A stretch of 64,000 nt of DNA from Paramoeba atlantica (GCA_977017575.1 CDRNVI010000051.1:186001-250000); one strand, 5' to 3'; positions 12,836 through 25,262 are shown, counted from the first letter of the stretch. Numbers and translations: made by a program. Notes: generated from the sequence alone by a model not told the origin.

Positions 12836-13160
12836 AAACGGGCAAGAAACTTAGCTCCGATTTGATGGCCGGATTAAGCTGAAGAACGGGTCAGAGTTCA
12901 TACTCGAACTGACATCTCTGTGGGAGGAAAACTTTATATCCTCGCACGAATGGAAGATGCAGAAGTATGGGCATGCATACTACCTACAAAGGAAAACGTC
13001 AAATACAGCCACATTTCTCCTGGCCATTGAAGTAAGGAAAGCTCAACAGCTCAACTGGAGCTCTGAACTTCCTTTTTGGTGGAAACAGGACCACCGCCTT
13101 GCGATGCCGACAAAGCATGGTAAAAAGAGCTCTTAGTGGGAGCTTTAAAAATTTTAATAG
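12836..13160 (+). mobile_element. Another degraded RLE fragment of LINE (second family)
   Basis: About 12890-12970 translates EFILELTSLWEENFISSHEWKMQKYG (cf. ELTVPWEEN..AHERK..KY); LAIEV follows. Confidence 0.6.
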
Positions 13161-13607
13161 TCGCGACAGAGCAGTGAAGTGAGGGCATATGCTCGTGAAG
13201 GTTTTAAAAACCTAGGAGAAACTCGTTTTGTGCGAGGATTGCATGCTAGTCATGCATCTTCTGGGTATCAATCTCTGCAGTTAAACGGGATGAATATCAT
13301 ATACGATTTCGGAAACGTCATGTATACCACCATTTTTCGACCCAATTAGGTCTTCCGCTATCATTTTCACTCTTCCGCTATCTTTTTCACTCCAACGACC
13401 TTGTTCCGGGGACTTAATTTTTTTCTTTCCAAAAATACAGGATTTATTTTAGGGCACCTTAGTAAAATCAAATTTTTCACCTTTCCTTTTCATTGTATTG
13501 CGATGTCAGGTTTCCCCCCATCAAATCAGCAAAACATAATCAATGTTCGCTCTGATTAACACACAATATCCAAAATTGTATGCAAAATCCCCATTTTAGA
13601 TGCAATA

Positions 13608-14309
13608 TCACTCCGGTAGGATGCTAATGAGTGTGCCATCAGTCTTGATCAATAATTTCCCCGAAAGATTCTTCTTCCCGATTTCACCTTGCAGGAGAGT
13701 ATTGTTTCTCATCCACAAGAACCTCAGACTTTGCGGTAATGAGTTCAGAAGCACTTCCCCTTCAAAACAGTTGTTGGAAAGATAGAGGGTTTCTACATTG
13801 GGAGGAAGATGGCCCAAATCCAATGTGCCGGTCAAATTATTCGCTGCCAAATTCAGAATTCTTAACTGTGACGGCAAGCTGTTTAATACAACTGATCCGG
13901 TGAACATATTTTCATCTAAGTAAAGAGAGCGCAAGGCGCTCGGCAGAGAAACGAGATCAACGGCACCTGAAAATGCATTTTCAGATAGATTCAGTAGCTC
14001 TAGAGGGCCCGGAAGATAGTCTAGTCGAACGCTGCCAAACAGTGCATTCTCGGAAGCATGAAAATCAATAATGGAATCAGGAAGATATTCTAAACAGAGT
14101 AGGCCCCGAAGATGTAGGACTTCCCAATTAATTTCAGTTACCATACTACTCTGGTCGCAACTCACGTCTTCCCATTCGCAGGCAGGGGTACTCGTATTCC
14201 AGGATGGGCGAGGGCTTTCAATGTTTTGAATTAGTCGCATTAAATTGTATTCTTGTGGCATTGACGAACCTTGTACCTTGCCGGGTTTTAAAACGGATGA
14301 ATCGGACAT
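13608..14309 (-). CDS. LRR protein, same family
   Basis: PGKVQGSSMPQEYNLMRLI, WNTSTPACEWEDVSC, 23-aa LRRs. Confidence 0.9.
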   Translation of the reverse strand: MSDSSVLKPGKVQGSSMPQEYNLMRLIQNIESPRPSWNTSTPACEWEDVSCDQSSMVTEINWEVLHLRGLLCLEYLPDSIIDFHASENALFGSVRLDYLPGPLELLNLSENAFSGAVDLVSLPSALRSLYLDENMFTGSVVLNSLPSQLRILNLAANNLTGTLDLGHLPPNVETLYLSNNCFEGEVLLNSLPQSLRFLWMRNNTLLQGEIGKKNLSGKLLIKTDGTLISILPE

Positions 14310-14790
14310 AGATGATGAAATCCAAGGAAATGAAAAAAACTGAGGTAGAAAGCGTTACATAAGAAAAAGGGGAATTCTAAAAGCGCAAAATTATTTTAAA
14401 GGTGGAGGCCAGCTTTGAAGAAAGCGTATCCTCGATACTTTGAGTTTTCAGAATGTTTATACGATTTTTTAAAGTCCAAAATCGAAAGGTAAAAAGGCTT
14501 TCCCGTACAGTTTTGGCGTCATGCTGCACAGTTTCTATAAATATTGTTTTCGTTTTCTAAAATACCAGACTCCTCTACATTAGATGAAAACTGAACCACC
14601 CCTTTTGTACTGCTTAACCATGTTCAACACTGGGAGCCAACCTTTTGACGAGGAATTTGCATGCAAACAATTTCTCTACATTATCTAACTGTAACTCGTC
14701 ACTGTAAGAATTGATATAGCTACATGTGTACATGTGGAATTTTTGACCTTATTTGTTTTTTTCTAAAACATACAAAGTTAAAGAACTGCG

Positions 14791-15648
14791 CTACAATACA
14801 GTAATTGTAACACATTCTGGAATTGGCCAAGACTGCACTTCCAAATCGCAGATATTTCCTTTCAAATTCAAATCTTTCATTGTTGCTGGTAAGGCGTCAA
14901 ATGCTACTTTTCCCGTAAAAGCGTTGTTCCCAAGGGAAAGTGTACGCATAAACGGCGGAAGGGAGCGCAGAACCAACTCACCATTCAACTTATTACCGGT
15001 CAAGTGCAAAACTGTAAGTTCTTTCGGGAGACAGGTTAAGTTTATACTCCCAACAAAAAGATTTTCATGCAGAAAAAGTATTTGAAGTTGTCCTGGGAGA
15101 AGCGTCAGGTCTAGATTCCCTGAAAAATCATTACGCGACACAGAAAACAACCTCAATGGAGGAGGCAGTGAGGTCAAGTCAAGCATACCTGAAAATCTTG
15201 TACCAGATGAAAAAAGCTGTTCAACGAATTGTGGGAGGAAAGGGGCATCGAAGGATCCGTATAAGGGGTTGTATTGTATGTTTAAAGAACTCAGTTTCGG
15301 GGGAAATGCGGAAACTGGAAGAGTTCCGCTAAGTTTATTATTTCCCACACGAACAGTACACGTTGTGTGGGGTAGATACTCCCATGAGAGATTACCCTTC
15401 AGTGCCCTGGACGACCAATCAATATTGAGCACTTCATCATTGGAATTACAAGCGACACCCGCCCACAAACATGCTTCTGTTTCCTTCCTCGTAATCAGTA
15501 ACTTCGTCTCGAGATTCTCAATGAATTTTGCCATTTGCATGTCATGTGAGAGGATGGCTCCTCGGACTTTCCCTAGACGTGCATTCGTGCGAGTATTGGT
15601 CAAATCCGCCAGTGAAGCACTTCTGAGGATTAGTAATGAGATTGACAT
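14791..15648 (-). CDS. LRR protein with hydrophobic N-terminus (ORF open to 15696)
   Basis: RLGKVRGAILSHDMQMAKFIENL, ACLWAGVAC, LRRs; close paralog of 60927-61769. Confidence 0.9.
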   Translation of the reverse strand: MSISLLILRSASLADLTNTRTNARLGKVRGAILSHDMQMAKFIENLETKLLITRKETEACLWAGVACNSNDEVLNIDWSSRALKGNLSWEYLPHTTCTVRVGNNKLSGTLPVSAFPPKLSSLNIQYNPLYGSFDAPFLPQFVEQLFSSGTRFSGMLDLTSLPPPLRLFSVSRNDFSGNLDLTLLPGQLQILFLHENLFVGSINLTCLPKELTVLHLTGNKLNGELVLRSLPPFMRTLSLGNNAFTGKVAFDALPATMKDLNLKGNICDLEVQSWPIPECVTITVL

Positions 15649-16029
15649 TAAATAAATAATGGAAATACAGTAAATAAATAATGGTAATACACACACAATT
15701 ATTAGTGTGAGAATAAGTTGTAAAACAAAAATTAGTAAATTTTTAATTCCTAGTAGTAAAACATGTTATAATTGTTCTAGTACCATGTTATAATTCAGGT
15801 TTTACACCTTGCCTTCTTTTCTTTTCTTTTCTTTTTTCGGAATTCTATTTTTTTTAGAAAAAAGTTTCAGATTACTACATGTCGCACTACATCGGAGAAT
15901 GTCGCACTACATCGGAGAAGCGATATTGCTCAGCAATCTGATAAGTGCTTCGTCTAACTAAGAGTTTTCTCACGGAAGACGAAGAAGCTCGGCTGTTAAA
16001 AACTTTGTTGCTGATTCGACAAACTGGCG

Positions 16030-16275
16030 TTGCCGTCGGCGCAGCTCGTAGCCAACATTGCGAAAGGCATCAGAGAACAGCGACAAACGGGACCCACAGT
16101 GCTGAAAGGTGGCATGCTGAAGTTTTCGATTTCCTGGTCAAATTCTTGGATGCACCGCAATGCCAGTATGGTGCGACGGGCAACTACAACTCGAACTGTA
16201 ACACCTATTAAAGTCGCGCAGGGAGCCAATGTTTTTTCTCATCTACAGTGCGGGGCTTATTCCCGGACGGGTTAA
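16030..16275 (+). mobile_element. Possible non-LTR RT N-terminal fragment
   Basis: QTGPTVLKGGMLK..NSW..RRATT..VTPIKV loosely matches APGPDGI..MLK..N.SW..W..A.VTPI.K. Confidence 0.3.
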
Positions 16276-16509
16276 AGTACAGCGGTGCGCAGGCATATTC
16301 CCCTCTTCCGGGGAATTCGGTTCACAAAATGGTATGTGAGTTTTTACTTTATAAGTTTAATACTTTTTATAAGAAAAACTGTCGATTTAATTCCTAATCC
16401 GATATCTTTCTCTAGTGTGGAGAAACCACGAAATGCAATTTACCAACCTCGGTTGACTGGATGCTTTCCATTTCTTGATATATTCCACTTCTTCGTTTTG
16501 ATCGATATT

Positions 16510-16730
16510 AGACTTTCTGTACTTTTTCTACTTAGTTCATCATTTCTTCCCCACGCAACGAGCGTACCTTTGTCAAAATTCCATGCCCGTTATTTCCACA
16601 CTGTATTTTTATGCCCTTTTCCTGCCGGTACTAAGACTGGAACTGTCCCCATTTCTCGCTGAAGCGGGGGACGCCTCTCGATCCCTTGACCCCTCCCAAC
16701 CACTCCCGTGAAGTGAGTACTTCCCTCCCA
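16510..16730. repeat. Dispersed repeat, homologous to 50535-51060 (that copy interrupted by a MITE)
   Basis: Shared tttctgtacttt..cttagt..ctgtatttttatgccc..gccgg.a.taaga..ggaactgtccc..tcgctgaagc.ggggacgc..cactccc..gtgagt. Confidence 0.8.
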
Positions 16731-17199
16731 GCTTCTTTCTTGTCCACGCTTATCTTTGGCTAGGCATCATGCAGGGCGTTATGGCAAGAAGTTATTTCCC
16801 TGTACTATACTCCTACATTGTCCTTGGATACACTACTACAGTTGTAGCTCTAATAGGCAAATTTGTCCCGGGATATTGGCATATTGGTGTGACAAACGCT
16901 AATACACCCGGAGCAGTCCACAGACAAATGGCGTAAAAAGTTGGTCGTATGTGGCTCAAATACCGCTAATCAAATGAACAAAATCTATTCTTTGGTTCTT
17001 TTTGAGAATATAGTTTTCAACAAATATGTTTTTTAAAAATAGAAGGTGAAAAATGTTATTTTAGGTACAGACTGTACCCAAACTCAGACTGTACCGAACA
17101 GCATGAGTACAAGATACCCGATTTAATTTATTTTCGTACGAACTAATGAGTGCCGCCCTCCACGGATACATACCCAAAGGATGGTTCACTGAATAATGA

Positions 17200-17870
17200 C
17201 TATTCGTCGTCTTTCTGATCTCCAAATTCTATATTTTTAGGCACAACGTGCGGTTTAACAAAGTAATTTTTTGAAAGAACGAACTTCTGCACATTTTCGG
17301 GGACACGGGTCAAATCCAAACTACCAGAGAGATAATTGGATCTTAGGTCCAGGTGCCTTAGACATCCGGGAAGCTGAGTTAGATCAATCTCCCCTTCAAA
17401 TTGATTAAAACTTAAATTCAAATATTCCAAGGTGTTGGGCAGATGTACCAGATCTAAGAATCCGGTACATTTGTTCATAGAAAGATCAAACTTTTTTAAA
17501 GAGTTTGGTAGTACGGAAAGTTGAACGGAGCCTACTAAATTCTGAAAGTACGCAGTAAAGGAAATTAACGCACGTGGTATGTGCTCCCACAGGAGTTCAC
17601 CTGCCAAGGAAGGATATTCTGGTGCGTAATCGAACATTTTGTTTTCCCAATGTAGAGACGTCACTTGTTTTTCTCAATGCATACTACGTACTTCCACTCA
17701 CACGCGGGTTTTTCCTCACTCCATGTTAACTCTTTTTCCGTTAGATTACTCACAAATCTAGACAATGTGTATTCCTGTGGTAACACAGTGCCATGAACCT
17801 TGCTTGGACGATATGAGATATCGACGCTCATGAGTAAAATGGCGTGCATATCATTGCTAGGATGAGCCAT
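17200..17870 (-). pseudogene. LRR family member split by one frameshift (pseudogene or homopolymer error)
   Basis: SKVHGTVLPQEYTLSRF..PACEWKYVVC (17661-17870) continues in another frame as VTSLHW + LRRs. One added A in the GAGAAAAAC run near 17670 restores the frame. Confidence 0.85.
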
Positions 17871-18155
17871 TAAGACTACTATTGGTATTAGTACTATTAG
17901 TATTAGTACTATTACGTGTTTTAAAGTTGTAAAGTGTACGATCTATTATACAGATGCAGATGTTACTACCGAACCCCTGTCCAGCCTACCTCCCCGGTAT
18001 ATTAAGTGGATATACTAATAGATCATCTCTCTAGATAATTAGTCCCTCGCTATAATCTCTAATCTCTGTAGATAATTTTTTCAATAATCGAGGGTAGAGC
18101 GGTAGTTATACAACCACCGCAATTCGTCTCTCTCTACATACACACATATGTAACT

Positions 18156-18290
18156 GAGGGGCTGCGGGTATGATGTCACGTGATCTCGTTTTGAGGTCGT
18201 CCAACCACCCTCCCGAGGAATAAACCATCCTTCCCGAGGCTAATCCGCTCTCGAGAGATCTCGCGTGATCTCATCTTGGGCCTCACCCAT
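18156..18290 (+). mobile_element. Partial member of GAGGGGCTGCGGGT-terminus (Sola2-like) MITE family
   Basis: Starts GAGGGGCTGCGGGTATGAT; contains gatctcgcgtgatctc.tcttgggcctcaccc as in 39240-39297. Confidence 0.65.
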
Positions 18291-18659
18291 GTGTAGTGCA
18301 TATAATTTAAGATTCATGCGGCGCTCGGGCGCAAGTGATAGTATCGATTCTAAGCCGCATTGAACGGCAGGTGCGTGGCGTCCGAGATTCGGTTATGGCA
18401 GATCGGGAGAAGCCCATCTGTGGCCATAGCGTGTTACAACGCGTCTGATGCCTGGGACCCCCTCTTTACGTATCACGAAAGAGGCGTGTTATAACCAGTG
18501 CGCGCCACGTCTAGCGGTCCTCAACGGAGGCGACCATGACGTATGACCTCTTCGGACCGCAGAGAAAGAGGGCAGCACTCACCCAAGGGAGGCAGAACTC
18601 CAACTCAAGGGCGTCGGGGAGGTGTGAAGCGGTGAAATGCGTATCCCCTCCTTCAACAA

Positions 18660-18830
18660 ACTTATATTCCATGTAGCTATAATGGCTCTATTCAGTTAAA
18701 AATGTAGATGATCTAACGTAGATCTAACGTAGATGATCTACAAATGTAGATGATCTAACGTAAAAATCGAGCCCGGAAGGTTTTAGTTTCCCACTCCTAC
18801 AAAAGTTCACACGAAAAAAACTAAGGATAG
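18660..18830 (-). mobile_element. Diverged fragment of the pogo-like element 3' region with a local tandem duplication
   Basis: atattcc.tgtagctataa.g..c.attcagttaaa..tgtagatg.tctaacgtaaaaatcgagccc matches about 25978-26045. Confidence 0.7.
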
Positions 18831-21111
18831 AAAGTAAAAAATTAGTACAGACAAACTGAGTGGATAAGTTAGGTATTTGAGATGGCGTCCAAAAATAAAC
18901 AGAATGCCTTTTTTTCAAACAATCCTTCCTCTCCACTTCGTCAAAGTTGAACTAGTCCTCGTCATAGCTGAACTCCAATTGAGGAAAAATTTCCTCATAA
19001 ATAAATGAGTAGGTTCATTAGTGTATTTACGAAGGAACAACTCATACTCTTCGCGGTCGTGTGTAACGACTAAGCTCCCATGTCATTGAGCAGGTTTCCT
19101 CCAAATCCTTGATTTTCCCGACCAGGAATTGCATCACCCCATTACTCACTTTAATCTCTGTTTCATGAACATCGTAGAAAAGTTTCTTTAAAACGCCCTC
19201 CACATTCAAGAATCCCCCAAGATTATGATTAAAGTGAGCATAAAACAGCAATGGGGGGAAGAATTCAAAGCATGCCGCACCCTTAAAAAGATTATTTGAA
19301 ATGTCCAGCTACTCAAGGTCTGCGGGAAGCGAACGCAGATTCTGGGGTCCCGTCGAAGGCATTGTCATTTAAAATACTTGTCGACGGATTTTGGTAAACT
19401 TGTCGACGGATTTTGGAAAATCCTCAAACAAGACTTCCCCACTCAACCCAGTAGAATAGATTTCCACTGGACGACCCAAACGTTCGTGCTACACGGCTTT
19501 CGATCAGTCAACAAACCTCTGTTGAACGGCCGAGCCGTCAAACACCGATATGAAGATCTATAGACAAAAAACATTTATGTTTGAGGCAATAAATTACTAG
19601 GGAATTTCTTTCGATTGTTGAAAACTCTAGGTGAAAAATGTAGTTTTTCAATATATAGCATGAAAAAATATATAGTACTATAAAGTGCTATATTTATAGT
19701 TTTTGAAGTTTTTCGGACCCCTGGTGGTAAGTCCATCTCCGGGAATAGGTTATTTTTTCCCAGGCTTATTTCCCGTGTGCTAAACTTATAACCTCGGAGG
19801 AGGTGGAACTGCACTCGTGCAGGCTGTGGTCGAATCCCACCCCATCTCCGGGCAGCGGAGGCGTAAAAAACTTTGACGAAAGATATCCTAGGCGCTCCCA
19901 CCCAGAGTCACCTCTCTAAAACTCTAGCTACTTACCGTTACCCCCTCCCGTAGGCATCCAAGTACGCTACGTATCCAAAACGATTGTGATTGTTTGGACA
20001 ACTAGCGTAGTTGGATAAGTCAGCGATTTATCCAACTTTATTGCTTTCATAGAATATTAAATATTCAACATTTTACACATGTCGGCATTGAATCGACTAA
20101 TCTTTGTTACTGAGCAGGTGAGCAGTCATCTCCCACAAGGGCCAGTGGTCCACGCAACGGCGGCGACTACCGGAATTCGAAATGCACAGCTCTTGATCGA
20201 AGCTCATACGCAAGAGCGTCGCCGTAAAACTCGGGTGTCCTCTAGGAAGATAAATACGTTGCTGTGATCTCAAGCGCAACATACGACAAAAAATATAAAA
20301 TCTTAAAATCCCCTGCGTACAACCAGAGCCCAGCAAACCCCGCTTGAGCGGTACTTTTACTTACGTCGGTTTTCTCCATCCCCAACATGCTCCCCACGAT
20401 AGCCCGACTTGCTGTTTCAGGGAAATGTCTTCAAACACCACCTCTTTGGTAGAGAACGCCGAAAGTATGTGACTCATAGAAGACGTGGTTAGAATTTGAA
20501 ATTGGGGAAAAAATTAGGAGCACAAATATGGGCACAAAGGAATGTTTACGCGAGCAAAGTACTGCATTGCGTTGATGAATCGTATCTATTAATATCAAGA
20601 AAACTCAAGAACGTACAGGACATTCATTTTTACAGAATTTTACACATAAAGGCTCTCTGACTTCCGAAGAACTCGAAAGATGAAGGAAATCTTATCGAGT
20701 CGAGTTACGATCACCATGCCTACATGATCAGAATCTTACAGACTAAACATTTCTAGACATCACAGTTCCGGTTCTCCCGGGACTTTGTCAGAAAACACCA
20801 AGAAAAGTGTAGCAAAGTCGGAGAAAATATCAAAATTCGAACCTCAAACGATATTCTCCAAGGATAACCCACCGTAGCTATGCCCAATCGGCTCAACTTT
20901 CGAAACAAGTAAATCGCACAAAAGACATGAGCTCATCTCCACCCTGAGCTACCCTCAAAATAGACCTTTCTGGCGCCCAACTCAAAGCAAGGAACCGGTA
21001 TTTCAGACACCGCCATGTCCGATACCGGTCGAACGTTTTCGGCTTCTCTTCAAGCCATACACACCCCCTTTCCTCCCCCGTGCCTTCCCTCCCCCCCTTC
21101 TCCCCCCGTTC

Positions 21112-22953
21112 TCACAACTTCGCCTCCACCCGGTTCGACAACCCCACCAACCCCGGCAGCACCTCCCCTTGCAACAGCCCCAACGAGGCCCCCCCTCCCG
21201 TGCTCACATGGCTCAGCCCCTCCCCCACCCCCGCCCCCTGCACCGCCGCCACCGTGTCCCCTCCCCCCACCACACTCACCACCCCCCTCTCCCGTGTCGC
21301 CGCCGCCAGGGCCCTGGCGACCCCCACGGTGCCGTACGCAAACGGCGCCTCCTCGAACCTCCCCACGGGCCCGTTCCACACCACCGTGCGGGCCTCCCGC
21401 AGCAGCCCCTCTACCCGCTCCAGGGTCCGGGGGCCGATATCGAACACCGCCGAGCCTTTGGGCACGACCAGCCCTTTGGTGGGGCCCACCCTCCCCGTGG
21501 CCACCTCCCGTACCACGTGATCCACCGGGAGAATGATTTTATTCCCCCAGCGCGGCTCCGCGAGGAGTTGTCCCGCGACCCTCACGGGATCGTTTGCGGG
21601 GTTGTTATCTTTGCGTTGGGGGAAATAGCTTTTCCCCATGTCATGGCCCAGAGCGGATAGAAAAGGGAAACTCATGGCGCCCCCAATGAAGAGGGCGTCG
21701 ACCCGGTTGAGTAAATGTTGGATGAGTTTGACTTTGTCGGTGACCTTGGCGCCCCCGAGGAGGGCGAGTAGGGGGCGTCGGGGGTTGTGAAGGATTTTCT
21801 GGAACGCGGTGAGTTCCTTTGCGAGGAGGAGACCGGCGGCCCCGAGGCCGAGGGTGCGGGGGAGCTCGCACAGGGAGGCCGCGGTGCGGTGGGAGACCCC
21901 GAAGGCGTCGTTGATGAAGACGGTGCCGTGGGCGGCTAGTACCGTCGCGAAGGCCTGACGCGCCCGGGGGGCCTTGGAGGCCTCCCCGGGGTGGAACCGG
22001 AGGTTTTCGAACAGAACCACCGAGCCTGGGGGGACACGGGAGAGGTGGGCGGTGGCCGCAAGAGGGTCGGGGACAAAACTCACGACGGGGGGGTTGGTGG
22101 TTGTTGTTGTAGTTTTTGAGGAAGCCTCCCTTGGATGGGCGGCGTCCTCCCCAGGGTGCGAACCCCAAGCCTCGGTGAGGGCTTTTTGTAACACCGGGAC
22201 AAGGGGTTGAAGCGAGTAGGCCCGGGAGTAGCCACCTGATTTCGGGGGTTGTCCCCAGTGCGCGAGGAGGACAAGGTAACGGGGTTGCTGTCGGAGGATG
22301 TGGAGCAGCGTGGGGAGGGTGGAACGAATACGGAAATCGTTCATCACGACCTCGTGGGCGGCGTCCATGGGGACGTTGTAGTCCACACGGAGGAGAACAC
22401 GCTGGTTGTGGAGGTTGACGTCGGTGATGCTCAGCTTCTTTTTGAGGTAATCTTTCGCGGCGAACGTGGAGCGGAAGAGGTCGGGTATGGGGGAGTAGGC
22501 ACCTGTGTGGGGAGTGCGAGTTCGAGACCCCGGGATCCCTGTGGGGTGAAGCGGCTTAAAGCTGATGGCTATTCGTTCGCTACATGAGCCGTTCTGTGGA
22601 GGTGCGTTTTCCGGCGGGGCCGCACGTAGTGCGTAGAGTTGTGGGGTTGGGAACCGCGTGCGAGCGAGTAGCACGCGATCGGGCTCACGGGCAACAGACT
22701 TGAGAATTTCATCGTCGAATATATCACTGAGAAAACTGATTTTTTTTTCGCTGACGTGTCTGTCACCTGCATGGGACTTTGATCCACCTGGAAGATGCGA
22801 GTCTTCAAAAAAATGCACAGCGCTCCCATTCGCGTGTAAAATTTTCCAGCTGTCTCGTTCGCACTCAACGTAGGGATTCAATGTGTATTGCATAGAACGG
22901 CACATGAGCGGTTTATGCTGGACAGATGAGTCCTTTGCACTGGGACTGTGCAT
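21112..22953 (-). CDS. PGK: Phosphoglycerate kinase with N-terminal PAS-like extension and C-terminal PTS1 (AKL); PAS-PGK type
   Basis: RVDYNVP, ENLRFHPGE, NDAFGVSHR, GGAKVTDK, WNGPVG.FE, GGGDT, HVSTGGGASL; N-terminal NPYVECERDSWKILHANGSAVHFF is PAS-like; ends EAKL*. First ATG at 22953. Confidence 0.93.
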   Translation of the reverse strand: MHSPSAKDSSVQHKPLMCRSMQYTLNPYVECERDSWKILHANGSAVHFFEDSHLPGGSKSHAGDRHVSEKKISFLSDIFDDEILKSVAREPDRVLLARTRFPTPQLYALRAAPPENAPPQNGSCSERIAISFKPLHPTGIPGSRTRTPHTGAYSPIPDLFRSTFAAKDYLKKKLSITDVNLHNQRVLLRVDYNVPMDAAHEVVMNDFRIRSTLPTLLHILRQQPRYLVLLAHWGQPPKSGGYSRAYSLQPLVPVLQKALTEAWGSHPGEDAAHPREASSKTTTTTTNPPVVSFVPDPLAATAHLSRVPPGSVVLFENLRFHPGEASKAPRARQAFATVLAAHGTVFINDAFGVSHRTAASLCELPRTLGLGAAGLLLAKELTAFQKILHNPRRPLLALLGGAKVTDKVKLIQHLLNRVDALFIGGAMSFPFLSALGHDMGKSYFPQRKDNNPANDPVRVAGQLLAEPRWGNKIILPVDHVVREVATGRVGPTKGLVVPKGSAVFDIGPRTLERVEGLLREARTVVWNGPVGRFEEAPFAYGTVGVARALAAATRERGVVSVVGGGDTVAAVQGAGVGEGLSHVSTGGGASLGLLQGEVLPGLVGLSNRVEAKL

Positions 22954-23145
22954 GCTGTTATAAAGACGAATAAGAAATAAAATCGCTGTACGATACAATG
23001 TTGTGCGAAAATACAGGATTCAAACATTGTAGGATGTGGTTTTACATACCGGGGAACTCATTTTATTTGCCTAATAAACAATAATCCGGCGCTCAAAAAT
23101 TGAAACTTGAATATAAAATAAACGGGCACCTTAAAAAAATTAAAA

Positions 23146-23760
23146 ACGGGAGGCCTTCAACAACGTTAGAACAACTTTCTTGAAGCTCGTAGGCGAACAC
23201 TTTCCCGAATTGTTTCCATGGGCAAGTACACAACCAGTGCTTTGACTTACCGCAACCATACCTTCCTCTCTGATGAAGGCGTCCAACAGGGAGACCCTCT
23301 ACGACCGCTTTTCTTTTCACTGCTCTCTTTGGAGCCTGAGAACGAGATAAATCACTAGGCTGACGTGTACTTGTAGTTATTTACCTAGATGATGGAATGC
23401 TCATTGGCCGGGCAGAAGATGTGAGGAACTCACTGGATACGATTGCAAGGGTAGGTCCGCGTTGGTGTCTTTTTGAACATGAGCAAGTGCGGAATTATTA
23501 CCCCCCCCCCTGCTTCGGGTAACGTTGTAGTCATGTTTCCAGTCTGCGGCATAAATTCCATGTCTGCGGCATAAATGTCTGCGTCCTAGGAAGCCCCTGA
23601 ACTACGCTTGGGTCCCCTGAATACTACGCTAATCACCCGAATACCAGACGACACCTGGTGTAAGGCCGGCTGAAAACCATAATTAGGATCAGGGACCACC
23701 AGGTAGCAATGGCGCTAATTCGAGAGTGTGTAACTTTCTGCAAATTTTACAGAATAAAAA
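23146..23760 (+). mobile_element. Degraded CRE-like LINE RT fragment
   Basis: AFNNVR..HFPELFPW..EGVQQGDPLRPLFFSL..VLGSP..DHQVAMALIRECVTFCKF; homologous to 37460-37800. Confidence 0.75.
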
Positions 23761-23827
23761 ATTACAGACTTGATTTATGATTTAAGAACGACGCCACTGC
23801 AATCACTTATGCACCTCTGCAAGAGTC

Positions 23828-24299
23828 TTGATGACGTACTTATGCATGCGGTCGGATCAACCCTCGCCTCCGAGTTTCACTCCACCTCGTTCACCAAGAG
23901 GCCTGGAGGAAGGATGTAGAACATTGTTCTACATCCTTTCTATGCTTACAATCACTGAAGAGGAGCCCAGTGCTAAGATCGAAGAAATCTTAGATCATGT
24001 ACAGCGAACTATCGATTCTTTTTTGCATGGAGGACGTACTGTGTGTGGAATCGAAGTCACGTCAAAGCTCCTAGAGCGGGAACTTCTCCACATCAATGAT
24101 CGCCGTGGACATCTTTTGCAAGATGTTCGATCGCGCGCGATCTATTTTGTGGAAGAGGTCAGTCAAGATCTTGGGTCCATTGTTTGCTCCGCGGCGTTCA
24201 AGCGAAGTTGCTGACTTCAGTGCAAAGTCTTTGGCGTTCTGTTTCCGGAAAACGCTCGCGTTGTTGTGCAAACTGGCGTCTCCAGCGGAAAAACACTAA
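23828..24299 (+). pseudogene. Member of unassigned protein family (paralog at 63346-63950)
   Basis: ITEEE..RTIDSFLHGGRTVCGIEV..RRGHLL..IYFVEE, then frameshift to LWRSVSGKRSRCCANWR; same motifs at 63.5 kb. Confidence 0.6.
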
Positions 24300-24689
24300 C
24301 ATCCGTTAACAGTAGGAGTGTTCTGTCGTAGAAGCGCCAGGACGTTCTGAGACTCCATCCGGCACATACCACCAGGCGGAAAGCATTCAAAACTCTGACC
24401 GAATTGTCTCATTTCCACGTCTTTAATAGGTGAATTGATACTGATGAAGTTAAGTTGATACATACTGATACATAGTTAAGTTGATACATACTGTAAGTGT
24501 TGAGTAAGCAAAGTAAGACCATTGAGTTAAGTTAGCGAAGCATACAATCTCTTCTTTCGATTCTAGTACCCCGTTCCAGTGGTTTTCGTTTGTTTGGGTT
24601 CATAAAAAGTTTTGCCTTTCTCATATTTTTTCTGTAAAAACTAGCAGATTTCTTTTTTTCTGAAGAATTTTTCGGTTTTTCCGCGCAAT

Positions 24690-25262
24690 ATGACTTTCTC
24701 GCGAACCAGTATTAGGAGAAGCTCTTACAGAGCTGGACAGGTCAAGTTAACCCATCGTATGCTCCTCGTTGAACACTATTATCGTGTGGAATCCATCCAA
24801 GCTACTGCACGCCACTACAATGTGACTAGCTGTAAAGTTCGTCGTTGGGTTCAACGTCACGAGGAAACGGGTGATGTTTCGAGGACCCCAACACGTCGCT
24901 CCAACCCTGTGATCACCCCTGCCTTTGTGATGGGCAGTATTGCGGTAATGGATCACCTAAACGCAACACTTCACCTACGTTGCCCTTCATGGAACTTCTT
25001 GCATAAAGAAGTTTTAAAACAAACGGGATCACAGAGCAACCGAAGAGCCTTTATTAGAGCTCTAAAAGAAGAAGGTGTTGTGCAACGAGGTGCCCCAAGA
25101 GTACACAACCTCACTTCTCGGCACAAGAGAGAACAGCTTGAGTTCTCCCAGGTAATGGATGTATTACATCCATTGCATTACATTGTAATGCAAACTGACG
25201 GTGGCAGGCAAGCAGACCACTTGGTGCTCCAACGTACAAAAAAAGGGAAATTCGTGTACTAG
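24690..25262 (+). pseudogene. Truncated Tc1-type transposase (DNA-binding half only)
   Basis: HRMLLVEHYYRVESIQATARHYNV..VRRWVQRHEETGDV aligns with the 7639 transposase; catalytic domain lost. Confidence 0.8.

Noticed and set aside
17655-17680. Programmed frameshift in the LRR gene
   Set aside because: A single-base loss in an A5 run is better explained by sequencing error or pseudogenisation; the six paralogs are uninterrupted.
18440-18490. Hammerhead ribozyme candidate (ctgatgc...cgaaa)
   Set aside because: Core is CTGATGC, not CTGANGA, and no stem II pairing is evident.
19796-19850. tRNA-like sequence (T-arm-like gtggtcgaatcccac)
   Set aside because: Only about 54 nt, with no D-arm or proper anticodon arm; cannot fold as a cloverleaf.
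21015-22210. Pro/Gly-rich ORFs overlapping PGK (and similar ones over HscB, the cap MTase, BRCT, SYCP2-like and LRR genes)
   Set aside because: Antisense or alternate-frame shadows of GC-rich or repetitive coding sequence.
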